Source: Mustelus asterias (Eukaryota). From it: DNA of 64,000 nucleotides. The notes beneath the pieces were generated by a model that was not told the DNA's origin, did no database searches, and worked only from the letters and a program-made list of their open reading frames with translations. The stretch lies in NCBI RefSeq assembly GCF_964213995.1, contig NW_027590213.1:248001-312000 (forward strand), written 5' to 3'. Each line of letters opens with the position of its first letter. The first letter of the stretch is position 1. A program made the position numbers and the translations under genes. Positions 1 through 11,700 of the stretch are shown here, one piece after another.

Positions 1-3000
1 GTGTGTGTGAGCGAGACAGAGAGTGTGTGTGAGCGAGACAGAGAGTGTGTGTGAGCGAGACAGAGAGTGTGTGTGAGCGAGACAGAGAGTGTGTGTGAGA
101 GACAGAGAGTGTGTGTGAGAGACAGAGAGTGTGTGTGAGAGACAGAGAGTGTGTGTGAGAGACAGAGAGTGTGTGTGAGCGAGACAGAGAGTGTGTGTGA
201 GCGAGACAGAGAGTGTGTGTGAGAGACAGAGAGTGTGTGTGAGCGAGACAGAGAGTGTGTGTGAGCGAGACATAGAGTGTGTGTGAGAGACAGAGAGTGT
301 GTGTGAGCGAGACAGAGAGTGTGTGTGAGCGAGACAGAGAGTGTGTGTGAGAGACCGAGAGTGCGTGTGAGCGAGACAGAGTGTGTGTGAGCGAGACATA
401 GAGTGTGTGTGAGAGACAGAGTGTGTGTGTGAGTGAGACAGAGAGTGTGTGTGAGCGAGACAGAGAGTGTGTGTGAGCGAGACAGAGAGTGTGTGTGAGC
501 GAGACAGAGAGTGTGTGAGAGCGAGACAGAGAGTGTGTGAGAGCGAGACAGAGAGTGTGTGTGAGCGAGACAAAGAGTGTGTGTGAGAGACAGAGAGTGT
601 GTGTGAGAGACAGAGAGTGTGTGTGAGTGAGACAGAGAGTGTGTGAGAGAGACAGAGTGTGTGTGAGAGACAGAGAGTGTGTGTGAGAGACAGAGAGTGT
701 GTGTGAGAGACAGAGAGTGTGTGTGAGCGAGACAGAGTGTGTGTGTGAGCGAGACAGAGAGTGTGTGTGAGCGAGACAGAGAGTGTGTGTGAGAGACAGA
801 GAGTGTGTGTGAGAGACAGAGAGTGTGTGTGAGTGAGACAGAGAGTGTGTGAGAGAGACAGAGTGTGTGTGAGAGACAGAGAGTGTGTGTGAGAGACAGA
901 GAGTGTGTGTGAGAGACAGAGAGTGTGTGTGAGCGAGACAGAGTGTGTGTGTGAGCGAGACAGAGTGTGTGTGTGAGCGAGACAGAGAGTGTGTGTGAGC
1001 GAGACAGAGAGTGTGTGTGAGCGAGACAGAGAGTGTGTGTGAGCGAGACAGAGTGTGTGTGAGCAAGACAGAGAGTGTGTGTGAGCGAGACAGAGAGTGT
1101 GTGTGAGCGAGACAGAGAGTGTGTGTGAGCGAGACAGAGTGTGTGTGTGAGCGAGACAGAGAGTGTGTGTGAGCGAGACAGAGAGTGTGTGTGAGAGACA
1201 GAGAGTGTGTGTGAGAGAGACAGAGAGTGTGTGTGAGAGACAGAGAGTGTGTGTGAGAGACAGAGAGTGTGTGTGAGCGAGACAGAGAGTGTGTGTGAGA
1301 GACAGAGAGTGTGTGTGAGAGACAGAGAGTGTGTGTGAGCGAGACAGAGTGTGTGTGTGAGCGAGACAGAGAGTGTGTGTGAGCGAGACAGAGAGTGTGT
1401 GTGAGCGAGACAGAGAGTGTGTGTGAGCGAGACAGAGAGTGTGTGTGAGCGAGACAGAGTGTGTGTGAGCAAGACAGAGAGTGTGTGTGAGCGAGACAGA
1501 GAGTGTGTGTGAGCGAGACAGAGAGTGTGTGTGAGCGAGACAGAGTGTGTGTGTGAGCGAGACAGAGAGTGTGTGTGAGCGAGACAGAGAGTGTGTGTGA
1601 GAGACAGAGAGTGTGTGTGTGAGAGACAGAGAGTGTGTGTGTGAGTGAGACAGAGAGTGTGTGTGAGTGAGACAGAGAGTGTGTGAGAGAGACAGAGAGT
1701 GTGTGAAAGAGACAGAGAGTGTGTGAGAGAGACAGAGTGTGTGTGAGAGACACAGAGTGTGTGTGAGAGACAGAGTGTGTGTGAGCGAGACAGAGTGTGT
1801 GAGCGAGACAGAGAGTGTGTGTGAGAGACAGAGAGTGTGTGAGAGACAGAGTGTGTGTGAGAGAGACAGAGAGTGTGTGTGAGAGAGACAGAGAGTGTGT
1901 GTGAGAGACAGAGAGTGTGTGAGAGACAGAGAGTGTGTGTGAGAGACAGAGAGTGTGTGTGAGAGACAGAGAGTGTGTGAGAGAGACAGAGAGTGTGTGT
2001 GAGAGAGACAGAGAGTGTGTGTGAGAGACAGAGAGTGTGTGTGAGAGACAGAGAGTGTGTGTGAGACAGAGAGTGTGGTTGAGAGACAGAGAGTGTGTGT
2101 GAGAGAGACAGAGAGTGTGTGTGAGAGACAGAGAGTGTGTGTGAGAGACAGAGAGTGTGTGAGCGAGACAGAGAGTGTGTGTGAGAGACAGAGAGTGAGT
2201 GTGAGAGAGACAGAGAGTGTGTGTGAGAGACAGAGAGTGTGTGTGAGCGAGACAGAGAGTGTGTGTGAGAGACAGAGAGTGTGTGTGAGAGACAGAGAGT
2301 GTGTGTGAGAGACAGAGAGTGTGTGTGAGAGACAGAGAGTGTGTGTGAGAGACAGAGAGTGTGTGTGAGAGACAGAGAGTGTGTGAGCGAGACAGAGTGT
2401 GTGTGTGAGAGACAGAGTGCGTGTGGGAGTGAGACAGAGAGTGTGTGAGCGATAGAGTGTGTGAGCGAGACAGAGAGTGTGTGTGAGAGACTGAGTGTGT
2501 GTGTGTGAGAGACAGAGAGTGTGTTAGAGAGACAGAGAGTCTGTGAGAGAGACAGAGAGTGTGTGTGTGAGAGACAGAGAGAGTGTGTGAGAGAGACAGA
2601 GAGTGTGTGTGTGAGAGACAGAGAGTGTGTGTGTGAGAGACAGAGAGTGTGTGTGTGAGTGAGACAGAGAGTGTGTGTGAGTGAGACAGAGAGTGTGTGA
2701 GAGAGACAGAGTGTGTGTGAGAGACAGAGAGTGTGTGTGAGAGACAGAGAGTGTGTGTGAGAGACAGAGAGTGTGTGTGAGCGAGACAGAGTGTGTGTGT
2801 GAGCGAGACAGAGAGTGTGTGTGAGAGAGACAGAGAGTGTGTGTGAGCGAGACAGAGAGTGTGTGTGAGCGAGACAGAGAGTGTGTGTGAGCGAGACAGA
2901 GAGTGTGTGTGAGCGAGACAGAGAGTGTGTGTGAGAGACAGAGAGTGTGTGTGAGTGAGACAGAGAGTGTGTGTGAGCGAGACAGAGAGTGTGTGTGAGC

Positions 3001-4230
3001 GAGACAGAGAGTGTGTGTGAGCGAGACAGAGAGTGTGTGTGAGAGACAGAGAGTGTGTGTGTGAGAGACAGAGAGTGTGTGTGTGAGTGAGACAGAGAGT
3101 GTGTGTGAGTGAGACAGAGAGTGTGTGAGAGAGACAGAGAGTGTGTGAGAGAGACAGAGAGTGTGTGAGAGAGACAGAGTGTGTGTGAGAGACAGAGTGT
3201 GTGTGAGCGAGACAGAGTGTGTGAGCGAGACAGAGAGTGTGTGTGAGAGACAGAGAGTGTGTGAGAGACAGAGTGTGTGTGTGAGAGACAGAGAGTGTGT
3301 GAGAGAGACAGAGAGTGTGTGTGAGAGAGACAGAGAGTGTGTGTGAGAGACAGAGAGTGTGTGAGAGACAGAGAGTGTGTGTGAGAGACAGAGAGTGTGT
3401 GTGAGAGACAGAGAGTGTGTGAGAGAGACAGAGAGTGTGTGTGAGAGAGACAGAGAGTGTGTGTGAGAGACAGAGAGTGTGTGTGAGAGACAGAGAGTGT
3501 GTGTGAGACAGAGAGTGTGTTTGAGAGACAGAGAGTGTGTGTGAGAGACAGAGAGTGTCTGTGAGAGACAGAGAGTGTGTGTGAGAGACAGAGAATGTGT
3601 GTGAGAGACAGAGAGTGTGTGAGCGAGACAGAGAGTGTGTGAGCGAGACAGAGAGTGTGTGAGCGAGACAGAGAGTGTGTGTGAGAGACAGAGAGTGTGT
3701 GTGAGAGAGACAGAGAGTGTGTGTGAGAGACAGAGAGTGTGTGTGAGCGAGACAGAGAGTGTGTGTGAGAGACAGAGAGTGTGTGTGAGAGACAGAGAGT
3801 GTGTGTGAGAGACAGAGAGTGTGTGTGAGAGACAGAGAGTGTGTGTGAGAGACAGAGAGTGTGTGTGAGAGACAGAGAGTGTGTGTGAGAGACAGAGAGT
3901 GTGTGTGAGAGACAGAGAGTGTGTGTGAGAGACAGAGAGTGTGTGTGAGAGACAGAGAGTGTGTGTGAGAGACAGAGAGTGTGTGTGAGAGACAGAGTGT
4001 GTGTGTGAGAGACAGAGAGTGTGTGTGAGAGACAGAGAGTGTGTGTGAGAGACAGAGAGTGTGTGTGAGAGACAGAGAGTGTGTGTGAGAGACAGAGAGT
4101 GTGTGTGAGTGAGACAGAGAGTGTGTGTGAGAGAGACAGAGAGTGTGTGTGAGCGAGACAGAGAGTGTGTGTGAGAGACAGAGAGTGTGTGTGAGAGACA
4201 GAGAGTGTGTGTGAGAGACAGAGAGTGTGT
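1..4230. repeat. Minisatellite, ~20-22 bp unit GAGACAGAGAGTGTGTGTGA(GC)
   Basis: Continuous tandem array from base 1, truncated by the window edge. ORFs over it are repeat translations. Confidence 0.98.
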
Positions 4231-4450
4231 GAGTGCGTGCGAGTGAGTGAATGTGAGTGTGTGTGAGAGTGTGTGAGGGAGTATTCATGTGTGTGTTGAT
4301 GAGAGTGTGTTAAAGTGAGTGTTTATGAGAGTGAGTGTGTGTGAGCAAGTGTGCAAGAGGGAGTGTGTAAAAGTGAGTATGTGTGTAATGTGTGTGAGAC
4401 TGAGTAAGTGTATAAGAGTGAGTGAGTGCTGGCGGGAGAGTGCAGGAGTG

Positions 4451-4750
4451 TTAAGTTTCAGTTTATTTACGAGTGTCACAAGTAGGGTTACGTTAACACT
4501 GCAATGAAGTTACTGTGAGAATCCCCTCGTCGCCACACTCCAGTGCCTATTCGGGTTACACTGAGGGAGAATTTAGCACGGCCAATGCACCCTAACCAGC
4601 ACGTCTTTCAGACTGTGGGAGGAAACCGGAGCACCCGGAGGAAACCCACGCAGACACGGGGAGAACGTGCAGACTCCGCACAGACAGTGACCCAAGCCAG
4701 GAATCGAACCCGGGTCCCTGGCGCTGTGAGGCAGCAGTGTTAACCACCGG
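4451..4750 (-). mobile_element. HE1-type tRNA-derived shark SINE
   Basis: Minus strand has the tRNA-like head (tggttaacactgctgcctcacagcgccagggacccgggttcgattc), the conserved body, and a tail ending aacttcattgcagtgttaacg...cttgtgacac. Confidence 0.85.
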
Positions 4751-5765
4751 TGATAAGGGGGAGAGTTAACAGAAAGCAGCTGGTGAGAATATACTGGCCG
4801 GTTTTAATTTAATCCAAATTAATGAATTAGAAACTTTTAACCTAAGGAATTGACATCCGAGGATTTCAGTTTAAAATCCCATTGAAGCTCCCTGTCTCAT
4901 AATGGGATGTTTTTGCCTGTATTTAGTAATTAGTGACTTCATATCTCACAGCGAGATAAATAAAACTTTTTTCCAATTGATAGGGACAGCTCAATGGACA
5001 AAACTGGTGTGAGAAAGGGGCAAATCCTTTGAAAATGGAGGCAGAGAGGAGGCTTTGTTCAACTCCCATTCTTTCCCTGTCTTCAGCAGGCTGGGCAGGA
5101 AGTGTGAGCAGAGAGGGGGGGATAGACAGACACACACTGACACAATCCCCCCAATACACTCACTCACACATCCCCATTCCCCCTCCACTCGCTGGGTTGT
5201 GGGGAGCGGCTGCAAGGATTTTCAGGGCTGCTGTGAGGGGGTCAGGGGGTTTTTGAAATGGACGAACACGACCTACAGGGGAAAAGAAATAAAGTTTGAA
5301 ACTAAACTAAAGAAACTAAAGGCAGGAGCTTGCAGAATCCATTGCCTCCCTGCATTAACATATCAATAGTCAGTCTGACATTACCACAAACTCCTCTGGG
5401 GTGAGAGGGGGAGGGGGGGTGAATTAGCATCTCAATAGAGAGACAGACATTGCAGGCATGTCAGAGACTTCGGGTGGGGTTTGCATCCAGCACACTCAGG
5501 ATAAATGTGAATCTGAGAGCCTTCAGTCCCCACACCAATAATCCCCCTGCACTGAAAACATTCCCACTCTGATTCAGTGTGTGTGTCAGTGTGTGTCTCA
5601 ATCTGCTTTTTGACCTGTGCTTTGCTTGTGTGGACATGATGCTGAATGGACTTGAATGGAAATGCTGGACTCCTCGCTGTGATATGTTGTGTGTCTTATT
5701 GTTAAAATGGCCTTGTCTCTTTTTCTCTCTCTTTTTAACCAATTTTTATCTCTTTTTCTCCTGAG

Positions 5766-5909
5766 GAATTTTGAAAACTGGGGATGTGTCGAGGATCCAA
5801 AGGACGGGAATGTTTGTGACCAGGATGAGGGAGAGGAGCTTCTTCCAGAGGGAGGGCTGACTGAGGCCTGTTGCTCAGGCTTCGGCCTGTTGCTCAGGCT
5901 TCACCCTGA
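5766..5909 (+). other. Candidate internal exon A (144 nt, phase 2-2) of an unidentified transcript
   Basis: Polypyrimidine tract + AG at 5764-5765 and donor GTGAGT at 5910. Open frame NFENWGCVEDPKDG...LTEACCSG..., homologous to the three 102-nt units that follow. Confidence 0.35.
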
Positions 5910-6026
5910 GTGAGTTGTGTCTGTTTATTAACCTGATCCAGATTTAATGTTTCATATCAGAGGGAGCGAGATCTGAATGAGAGTGGAATAGAGAGAGAGA
6001 GAGAAACACACAGGGAGGGAACTGTC

Positions 6027-6372
6027 TCATAGAATCATAGAAACCCTACAGTACAGAAAGAGGCCATTCGGCCCATCGAGTCTGCACCGACCACAATCCC
6101 ACCCAGACCCTACCCCCATATCCCTACATATTTACCCACTAATCCCTCTAACCTAGGCATCTCAGGACACTAAGGGCAATGTTTAGCATAGCCAATCAAC
6201 CTAACCCGCACATCTTTGGACTGTGGGAGGAAACCGGAGCACCTGGAGGAAACCCATGCAGACACGAGGAGAATGTGCAAACTCTACACAGACAGTGACC
6301 CAAGCCGGGAATCGAACCCAGGTCCCTGGAGCTGTGAAGCAGCAGTGCTAACCACTGTGCTACCGTGCCACC
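6027..6372 (-). mobile_element. HE1-type SINE, full length, CR1/HER1-like tail
   Basis: Head ggtggcacggtagcacagtggttagcactgctg; tail ...tttctatgattctatgag. Confidence 0.9.
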
Positions 6373-6642
6373 CTAACTCTTTAGTCTCTGCTTTACAACT
6401 GACTTGTTGTGTTTGGATGTTACTGAGAGATTGTGTAACTGAGAGGAGATCCTGGGTTTTTGCTGTGCTATTTAATTTAAATATTTTCTTATATTTTAAT
6501 TATTTTCTCTCTCTTTCCCCAAGAATTAATATTTAGATTTTACTGAGAGATTGTGTAACTGGGAAGGGGGAATCCTGGCCTCTTGTGCTATTTAATGTAA
6601 AGAATTCTTGTATTTTAATTAATTATTTTCTCTGTTCCCCAG

Positions 6643-6744
6643 GGATTTGAATTTTGAAGACTGCAATGTGACTCGGAATCCTTGGACAAGGGGCTTTTCT
6701 CCAGAGGAGGATGGATGGACTGAGGCCTGTTCTATAGGCCGCAT
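6643..6744 (+). other. Candidate symmetric exon B1 (102 nt, phase 2-2)
   Basis: ttttctctgttccccAG|...|GTGAGT; open frame DLNFEDCNVTRNPWTRGFSPEEDGWTEACSIGR. Confidence 0.4.
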
Positions 6745-7562
6745 GTGAGTTGTTGTCTCTTTATTATCCTGATCCAGGTTTAATTTTAATCTCGCTTTCT
6801 TGGACGAACCAGTTCTGGTTCGATTGTGGGGTGGGGTGGAGTGGAGTTTAAAACCCTGGGGTTAAAATATCCCGGCTTTGCAATGAGTCACAAACAGGTT
6901 AACCCTTTGCTGGGTGGCAGAGAGTAAATTAAATATCTGTAATATGAAACTGTCTAAAAGTTAGTTTTAAATCCAAGATAACAGGGATGGGAGACAGAGC
7001 GCTGTTCCTAATTGTTGAATAAAATTCATAGAGGCCTTTACAATTCAGTTTTCAGATGTTCAGACTTTCATTGTGTCCTCTCTGCAGCTTTTCCCCCATT
7101 CTGTCTATTTCTCTCTGCTTTCTCTCTCTCTTTCTCTCCCTTTCCTTCCTCAATCTGTCTCTCTTTTTTATTCCCTCTCTCTCCCTCTTTTTCCCAGGAA
7201 GTCATATTTTGTTGGACAATCTCTTAGTAAAATCTGAGAAGGGGGAATCTTGGGCTCTTGTGCGATTTAATTTAAACATTTTCTGGTATTTTAATATATT
7301 TCTCTCTCTTTTAACCAAGAATTAACATTTAGATTTTACTGAGAGATTGTGTAACTGAGAAAGGGGAATCCTGGGCTCTTGTGCTATTTAATTTCAACAT
7401 TTTCTTGTATTTAAATTAATTATATTCTATCTCTTCCCAAGGAATTCATATTTAGTTAAACAATCTGTCAGTGAAATCTTAGAAGGGGGAATCCTGGGTT
7501 CTTGTGCTATTTAATTAAAACATTTTCTTGTACTTTAATTAATTATTTTCTCTTCTCCCCAG

Positions 7563-7664
7563 GAATTTGAATTTTGAAGACTGCAATGGGACTCAGAATC
7601 CTTGGACAAGGGGCTTTTCTCCAGAGGAGGATGGATGGACTGAGGCCTGTTCTATAGGCCGCAT
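7563..7664 (+). other. Candidate symmetric exon B2 (102 nt)
   Basis: Near-identical copy of B1 with intact AG and GTGAGT; NLNFEDCNGTQNPWTRGFSPEEDGWTEACSIGR. Confidence 0.4.
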
Positions 7665-8599
7665 GTGAGTTGTCGTCTCTTTATTACCCTGATCCAGGTT
7701 TAATTTTAATCTCGCTTCCTCGGATGAACCAGTCCTGGTTCGATTGTGGGATGGGGGGCTGGAGTTTGAAACCCTGGGGTTAAAATATCCCGGCTTTGCA
7801 ATTAGTTACAAACACATTAACCCTTAGGTGGGTGGCAAAGAGTAAATTAAATGTCTGTAATATGAAACTGTCTCAATTTGTTTTAAATCCAAGGGAACAG
7901 GGATGGGAGACAGACCGCTGTTCCTAATTGTTGAATAAAATTCACAGAGGCCTTTACAATTCAGTTTTCAGAAGTTCAGAATTTCATTTCGTCCTCTCTG
8001 CAGCTTTCCCCCCATTCTGTCTATTTCCTCTCTGCTTTCTCTCTCTCCATCCCTTTCCTTCCTCTATCTGTCTCTTTTTTTTATTCCCTCTCTCTCTCCC
8101 TCTTTTTCCCAGGAAATAATATTTTGTTGGACAATCTCTCAGTAAAATCTGAGAAGGGGGAATCCTGGGGCTCTTGTGCTATTTAATTTAAACATTTTCT
8201 GGTATTTTAATATATTTCTCTCTCTTTTACCCAAGAATTAATATTTAGATTTTACTGAGAGAATGTGTAACTGAGAAAGGGGAATCCTGGGGCTCTTGTG
8301 CTATTTATTTTAAACATTTTCTGGTATTTTAATATATTTCTCTCTCTTTTACCCAAGAACTAATATATAGATTTTACTGAGAGATTGTGTAACTGAGAAA
8401 GGGGAATCCTGGGCTCTTGTCTATTAAATTTAAACATTTTCTTGTATTTAAATTAATTATATTCGATCTCTTCCCAAGGAATTAATATTTAGTTAGACAA
8501 TCTCTCAGTGAAATCTTAGAAGGAGGAATCCTGGGCTCTTGTGCTATTTAATTTAAACATTTTCTTGTATTTTAATTAATTATTTTCTCTTCTCCCCAG

Positions 8600-8701
8600 G
8601 AATTTGAATTTTGAAGACTGCAATGGGACTCAGAATCCTTGGACAAGGGGCTTTTCTCCAGAGGAGGATGGATGGACTGAGGCCTGTTCTATAGGCTGCA
8701 A
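8600..8701 (+). other. Candidate symmetric exon B3 (102 nt)
   Basis: Third copy with intact splice sites; ends ...EACSIGC. Confidence 0.4.
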
Positions 8702-11700
8702 GTGAGTTGTTGTCTCTTTATTACCCTGATCCAGGTTTAATTTTAATCTCGCTTTCTTGGATGAACCAGTTCTGGTTCGATTGTGGGATGGGGTGGGGTG
8801 GAGTTTAAAACCCTGGGGTTAAAATATCCCGGCTTTGCAATTAGTCACAAACAGGTTAACCCTTTGCTGGGTGGCAGAGAGTAAATTAAATATCTGTAAT
8901 ATGAAGCTGTCTAAAAGTTTGATGCAAATCCAAAATAACAGGGGTGGGAGAGAGTGATTTACCCGAATGTTAAATAAATTTCACAGAGGACATTACAATT
9001 CAATTTTCTGAAGTTCAGCCTTTACATTTATCTTCCCCTCTGCAGCTTTCTTCCCCATTCTATTTCTCTCTGCTTTTCTCTCTGTCTCTCTCTCCAGTAT
9101 TTTTCCCCTATCTTCAGCTTTCTCTCCCTTCCTGTTTCTTTCCATTCATCTCTCCCTCTCGAGCATTCTTCCATATCTGTCCATCACTCACCAGAATGTC
9201 TCTCTCTCTCCCTCTCGAGCATTCTTCCATAACTGTCCATCACTCACCAGAATGTCTCTCTCTCCCTCTTGAGCATTCTTCCATATCTGTCCGTCACTCT
9301 CCAGAATGTCTCTCTCTCTCTCTGGCTCCATCTTCCTTTGTGTCTCTTTAAACCTTTAATCAACAAAAACTGTGTTATTGTAAACAGGGAGACAGGAATA
9401 TGGCTTCGCTCATTTCAATGCAGAGTACATGAGAGAGAGGGAAAGAAACAGCTATGGGCAGAGACAACGAGTGAGAAAGAGAGGGGACAGGGACAAGGAT
9501 CTAGACAGGAACATCCATCTTTACACTGAGTAAGAGAGACAGGAGCAGAGGGAGAAAAGAGAGGGAGATAGTGAAAGGGAGATGGAGGGAGATGTTGAAA
9601 TCAATCCCGGGAGGGCGATTTTAAAAAGTGTCCCGAAGGAATCAGCAGCCCCTTCCCAAACTGAAAGAGGGAGATGAGCAGCTCCTGGAGTCTGAGAGGG
9701 AGACAGGGATGGACTGGGGGGTTGTGGATATTTGAATTCAGTTTTCGGAGATTCTGTTTGTAGATTTCTCTCTCTCTGTTCATGCCATTCTGAAGTTTCT
9801 GAGAGATTGTGTAACTGAGAAGGGGGAATCCTGCGTTTCGGTGAGATTTAATTGAAATGGTTTCTTGTATTTAATTAATTTTCTCTCTCTTTTCCCCAAG
9901 AATTCATATCTAGTTAGACAATCTCTCAGTAAAATCTGAGAAGGGGAATCCTGGGCTCTTGTGCTATTTAATTTAAATATTTTCTGGTACTTTAATTATT
10001 TTCTCTCTCTTTTCCCCAAGAATTAATATTTAGATTTTACTGAGAGATTGTGTAACTGAGAAAGGGGAATCCTGGGCTCTTGTGCTATTTAATTTACACA
10101 TTTTACACAAAATTCACAGAGACCTTTACAATTTAGTTTAAAGATGTTCAGATTTTCATTTCATCCTCTCCACAGCTTTTCCCCCATTCTGTCTATTTCT
10201 CTCTGCTTTTCTCTCCATTTCCTTCCTCTATCTGCCTCTCTTTATTCTCTCTCTCTCCCTCTTTTTCCCAGGAATTAATATTTAGTTGGACAATCTCTCA
10301 GTAAAACCTGGAAAGGGGCAATCCTGGGATTTTGTGCTGTGTGATTTTCATTCTGGGTGTCCCGGGGGGTTTGATTTCACTGTCTCAGCCCCTCTCTGCC
10401 TCACTCTCTCTCTGTATAAACTTTTCCCAAATTACAAAACACTCAACACAGCTGACTGCAGCTTGTGGGATCTTGCTGGGGATTTTGTTTTAAAAAGGGT
10501 GTTTTCTCAGAGGCAGTTTAAACCTTTCAGGGGACTGTGGGGAAGTCTCCAGACTTGGGACAACACACACACAGGGTTGGGGGCTGGGGGGGGGAGGTGT
10601 GCAGTCAGGTATACTGGTATTCTGGGAGACTGATATTCCCAACAAGGGCCAGAGGTCTCAGTGCTGAAACATATTAAACTGTTCAAACAGAGGCAGGCAG
10701 AAAGCCATGAGGCTTCAGAGCTCCCTGTAGATGCAAAGGTAACTCCCATTGCCAAAAAGTAGCCACATGTGAAGTGGAAACACCTTCCCTCAGCTTGTTA
10801 CACACTGACCTTTCCACAACCCCAACATGTTTACAAACACTCGCTGCAGTTTCTGCAAACTTTGTATCAAACTGCCTCCCATTCTGCTCAATACTGACCC
10901 CCTCTCAACCTGGCACTGAACTAGTGTCTGAATTGAGACAGAGACACACAGACAGAGTTTTTAAAGTTGAAAGTTTTGAAGTTTATATATTAGTGTCACA
11001 AGTAAGGCTTACATTAACACTGCAATGAAGTTACTGAGAGAGACAGAGAGAGGCAGAGACACACAGAGACAGAGACATAGATAAAGAGACAGAAAGAGAC
11101 AGTGAGATAAAGAGACAGAGAGGATGTTTAAAGTTTGTTTATTCCTGTCACAAGTAAGGCTCACATTAACGCTGCAGTTACTGAGAGAGACAGAAAGAGA
11201 GAGTTTTTAAAGTTGAAAGATTTAAAGTTTATTTATTAGTGTCACAAGGCTTACATTAACACTGCAATGAAGTTAGTGAGAGAGACAGAGATAGAGGGAG
11301 CATCCAGAGTGGGTTCAGTAACACATTTATTTATCAGATATCTCTCTCTGTGACTCTTTAGCGATGAGATATTCAGCCAGGATGGTTTCACTGACCCTCT
11401 TCAGCAGGCAGATATTCCCAAATCCAGCCTAGGTCTCAGACACACACACACACCACTCACACATTCCCTCTGCTCTGTCCAGGGGAATATTTTAATCCAG
11501 GAATTTCTATTTTATATTTACAGGGTGAGGGGGGGAGAAACTCAACTCAAAAATCCTGCAGTCTCTCCAAGCTGCTTTTAAATTTCAATTCAAACCCTGG
11601 GCCACGTGGGAAGCTGCAGAGATTGGGAAACTTACCAAACCCAGTTTGTGTGTGTGAGTGTCTGCAGCTTTTGTGTCTTTGAACTTGCGAGGGTGCCAGG

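Larger units (their letters stand above)
6400..10330. repeat. Nested tandem duplication: ~120-bp AT-rich modules within ~0.9-1.0 kb units
   Basis: Module ...tactgagagattgtgtaactgagaaaggggaatcctgggctcttgtgctatttaa...ttttctctctc...ccaag/ccagg recurs more than 12 times. Larger units repeat at about 6640, 7560 and 8600. Confidence 0.9.

Noticed and set aside
1-4230. CRISPR-like array or coding repeat ORFs
   Set aside because: No unique spacers; this is a simple eukaryotic minisatellite.
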